From Amoebidium appalachense (lineage: Eukaryota > Protista > Ichthyosporea), in the NCBI GenBank assembly GCA_963693365.1, contig CAVNZM010000003.1, positions 13,359,252 to 13,423,251 on the forward strand: a stretch of DNA of 64,000 bases, in the 5' to 3' direction. The position numbers were made by a program, and so were the translations under genes. Numbering within the stretch: position 1 is the stretch's first letter; every line of letters begins with the position of its first letter. Below, one piece after another: positions 61,719 through 64,000 of the stretch. Below the pieces are notes generated by a model that was not told the origin of the DNA, made no database searches, and worked only from the letters and a program-made list of their open reading frames with translations.

Positions 61719-63046
61719 GCTGACCGGCGTAGGGAAAGATAGGGAGAATGAAAAAGGAATATATAGCTGTAAGGCTGTGGATGCTAAACACAGAAGATGT
61801 GTTTGTAGCTTGCTGATCTGCTAAAAACTGTCGTGCTTATATACCTAAGCCTACCGATCTGAGCCAATCAAAAATCGATCTAGTGATATGTGAAATCTGA
61901 TCCGAGCCAATCATAACTCGGTCTAGTGATCTGTGGTATCTGATGTTTTGACTGGCTAATAGGTGCCCGTGTGCGGGCAGCCAACCGCTAACTGCTAAAA
62001 CACGAAATGAAGCCTACATGGTTATGTTGGTACCGAACACCCATCCTACGTGTTTACCCAGAAAAATATTTATGTCAATAATTTCCACAAATAAAACCAC
62101 TCCGGGAGAAATTATTAAAAACATCCACAGTTTTTGTTTTTCTTTCCTCCTTCTTCTCTTTCTTTCTCTCCCTTTTCTTTCACATAAACCATTAACCGTT
62201 ATTTTTATGGCGGGCCCCCGGGCCCATGCCCCCGCGGCCCCGCCCCCAAAATATGGGATATGTGTCATATTCACTTGATTCTCAGCAAGACTTAGAAGTT
62301 GAGTTTTGTATTTATTTATTAGTTGTTGTAGTTTGTTTCCTTTTCCTTTCTTCATTTCTTTCTTTCTTTTCTGTTTCCGTGTACACGACATCTTAGATCT
62401 GTGTACGTATCGACATACTTAGCTCGCGCACACGTATTGTCGTTTGTGTCAAAATCTATATATGTCATCCAATCATATCTCGTTTGTATTTTCCCAAATA
62501 TAGTAACTTACATTCCTTTCTCATTCCTTTCTCACGACGTAGCATTGTGCTATGTTCTCCAACTATTAGGAATAATTATATTTAGACGTGTTATGATAAG
62601 AACATGTATAAATGTATGTTATGAATTAATAGTTACATAAGTGGTTTCATTTTGTTAAATGTTTCCGTGCTTTTATTAGAAGTTTCTTTCATTAGAGGAT
62701 TGAGTTTTATATTCTATGTGTCGACAGACATTTTAATCGATATATTTTACACTCATAGTTTTCGTTCTTTTGATTGGTTTATCGTTTCACATTCCCAAGT
62801 ATAAAAGGGACTTCATCTTGAAATAAATCATAAGCAGTCGTATTCATTTCCTATGGTTCCAGAAATCGTTCCACCTCTCCGGTTGTGTTTTTCCCGTGTG
62901 TCTCTGTGTTGTGTATATCATAACACCCATCTGTGCTCTCTGCTTCTCCGTTTACCCACACAAAATAACAGGTTTAAGGCCCCTTTGCACGCTAACACAC
63001 AATCTCGCTACAACCGCGAAAATCTCTCAGTCTTACTGCTTCAATC

Positions 63047-64000
63047 ATGACTGACAAACCGTCGTATATCAACCTTCCAATATGGAATCCGTCCGAGAAA
63101 CGAGACGAGAAACGTCTTAATTATTTCGAGTGGGAGCCACTCATTCACCGGTTCATTAGAACAACCATTGCCGAGAAATTCGTTGACGCTATCAAGAGGC
63201 CACCGTGACAGTGGGTTGACGGCACCGACGCCAACCAGTGGCTAGGCTACGTCACCAAGGACTCCTACAAGAAGGCTTCCGACGTCCTCGACCAGATCCT
63301 CAACCAGTCCGTCCACCCGACCGAGCTCTACGACTCCGGCCGGATGCAAGACGGTGTCCACGGTGGTGAAGTCTTCCACAACCTACGTATGGCGTATGTA
63401 GCAGAGAAGGAGGCCCGAGTCACCCAGATTCAAGTCACCTTCGAGGAGCTTGAACTACGAGACTACCCCAACGTCACAGCATACCTCACCCGTCTCCAAC
63501 GTCTGGCTACGACACTTGCCTGCCTCGACGAGCCCGTCCAGCACAAGGATGTCGTACGTAAGTTCTTCCTTCACCTCAGGAAGAACACGGCCTTGGTCTG
63601 CTCCGACATTGAACGTCTCTGCTCCGACTACTGGATGAACAACAAGGCCTACCCGTCCTTCAACCAGCTCATCAGTGACATCCGAGGAGCTGAAATTCGT
63701 GCCGGCCTCATCGACGCAGGCACTGGTGCAACCGTCAACAACCGTCCCCTCCGTGCACTCCAGAGCAGAGTGCTTCCCCCCGGTGACCTCCGTAACCGTA
63801 TTCCTCGACGTGAGCATACACCTCACCGTTCCCCGTCCCGTTCCCGTGATCCTCGTCCTTCCTCCAAGTCACCCGGCCCCCGTTCAACTTCCCCTTACCA
63901 CCGTGGTAACAGGGACAACCGTAACCGACAGCACAACACCAAGAAGGTGGAGTGTTCCTACTGCCATGAGCCCCACCACATCACAGCATGCCCGGAGCCT
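63047..64000 (+). pseudogene. Copia-type gag with one in-frame TGA (63206-63208); runs off the window
   Basis: NYFEWE, VTAYLTRLQRLATTLACL and zinc knuckle CSYCHEPHHITAC; homologous to the gag at 10474-11206. Confidence 0.85.

Larger units (their letters stand above)
56653..62098 (-). mobile_element. Ngaro-type YR retrotransposon, copy 2, full length
   Basis: A1 62098-61749, B1 57311-57221, A2 57222-56873, B2 56743-56653; only CC is shared at both ends, with no TSD. Confidence 0.95.
56455..64000 (+). mobile_element. Second copia-like LTR retrotransposon; 5' LTR (about 56455-56654 plus 62099-62970) split by Ngaro copy 2
   Basis: 56468-56654 and 62099 onward align to the reverse complement of the 8762-9681 LTR (GGTAAGATCTTCTCAGTTT.., GTGTACACG..CCACCCACTC.GGGAGA). 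The LTR ends TAACA at 62970, followed by PBS-like GGTTTAAGGCCCC. Left boundary is approximate. Confidence 0.85.

Noticed and set aside
62853-62870. TGGTTCCAG as the primer binding site of the right-hand LTR element
   Set aside because: Alignment to the related element places the LTR end at 62970, followed by a GGTT-type PBS.

Overview
This is eukaryotic DNA, rich in introns and in G/C homopolymer, (CA)n and (GA)n tracts; the organism cannot be identified from the sequence, though it looks protist-like. Left part (1-38915): one very large minus-strand gene. A signal-peptide exon (38915-38822) is followed by tandem copies of a 17-exon, phase-1-symmetric cassette of about 1278 aa (WSC x3, PAN/apple x2, PA14/GLEYA-like, Calx/Ig-like, VWD, Cys-rich, EGF and calcium-binding EGF). 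Two full copies and the start of a third lie in the window. A copia-like, gag-only LTR element (8762-12192, 5-bp TSD) sits in one intron. Right part (39.2-64 kb): a nest of retroelements. It holds several non-LTR (LINE) copies that end in TAAACCCC rather than poly(A) and are inserted with 7-8 bp TSDs into older LINE RT sequences, two Ngaro-type tyrosine-recombinase retrotransposons (44617-50044, 56653-62098), a second copia-like element whose 5' LTR is split by Ngaro copy 2, and a small spliced gene with an HNH-like motif. Most notable: Ngaro copy 1 has a 14-bp TSD and a clipped end, as if inserted by the LINE machinery, and the Ngaro pol and recombinase ORFs appear to be reached by alternative splicing from one gag donor. 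All domain calls are by eye from motifs, not database searches.
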